Source of the DNA: Dipteris shenzhenensis
Lineage: Eukaryota
DNA length: 64,000 nt
Strand: one strand, 5' to 3'
Assembly (NCBI GenBank): GCA_047967505.1
Contig: CM106538.1
Shown: positions 63,386 to 64,000 of the stretch, piece after piece
Layout: each line of letters begins with the position of its first letter
How positions within the stretch are numbered: the first letter of the stretch is position 1
Position numbers and translations under genes: made by a program
Notes under the pieces: model-generated
The model's input: only the letters and a program-made list of their open reading frames with translations
Database searches by the model: none
What the model was told of the DNA's origin: nothing

Positions 63386-64000
63386 TTGGATTTCTAAGAG
63401 GGATTATTTCTAGCCTTATGCAAGTACAAGCGGAGCTGGCTACTCTACACACACATTCTGTACTACCTAAGTCCATGTTGGCACAGAGACAATAGTTGGT
63501 GTATGGTAAAGAGCACCAAGGAGATCACAAAGTGGTAGTGTGCACATGCACTAGCTAAATTGATGGACCCACACACTTCTCCTAAATAAGGCACAACATT
63601 GATGAGGAACAAGATGTTGATACTATTATTGTGCTATTGTTGCCAATGCTAAAACAATGTACTTTAACTAATGTTGTGGGACTAGAGCCAAGGTGAGAGT
63701 GAGAGTTAGTGAGCACTTTTACCACTTGTATACACAAAGCACTATTGTACACATACATAGATAAAAATTGTTGTAATGGGCTACAACAACCCTCTTGGAT
63801 AATACAAGTTTGTGTTTCCACCTACTCTCCCTCCCTCTGGATTTTGTCACATGGTCATTTTACCCATCTCCATCTGGCTATATCCACATTACAGCAACCC
63901 GGGTTTTAGTAGATGCTCATTTCCCCCGCAACTAAGCACTACATTGGGACAACAAAGGAGTTCAAGAGAGGGCATCTTGATGAGAGCATGCACAATCTAA

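Overview
Eukaryotic, plant-like, transposon-saturated DNA. GT-AG introns, tRNA-Met primer-binding sites and CACTA/Ty1/Ty3 elements are visible. A non-seed plant such as a fern is only my inference from the element repertoire. There is no clearly intact conserved host gene, rRNA, tRNA or CRISPR array. From left to right: a tandemly duplicated Ulp1/C48-protease-like relic and a small intact-looking 2-exon ORF (0-3.8 kb); a minus-strand Ty3/gypsy element interrupted by a 2.7-kb non-coding LTR element and by a full-length Ty1/copia element with GAGGT TSD (3.8-16.6 kb); several decayed CACTA elements (16.8-34.3 kb); a truncated gypsy LTR+gag (34.3-36.6 kb); a Sola2-like DNA transposon carrying a ~185-bp satellite, a convergent RING-H2 gene and a palindromic subterminal array (36.6-44.6 kb); more gypsy pol sequence, including a second retropepsin domain downstream of integrase (44.6-56.6 kb); and low-complexity or tandem repeats (57-64 kb). 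Highlights: (1) the two-gene Sola2-like element; (2) a TIR family with C(T/C)CGGGGG ends and 8-bp TSDs, three insertions, two of them with an empty site in the window; (3) a mirror-symmetric nested inverted duplication spanning ~3.8-48.9 kb; (4) an apparent PR-RT-RH-INT-PR gypsy architecture. Family names come from motif recognition by eye, not from database searches, and coordinates of decayed coding regions are approximate.
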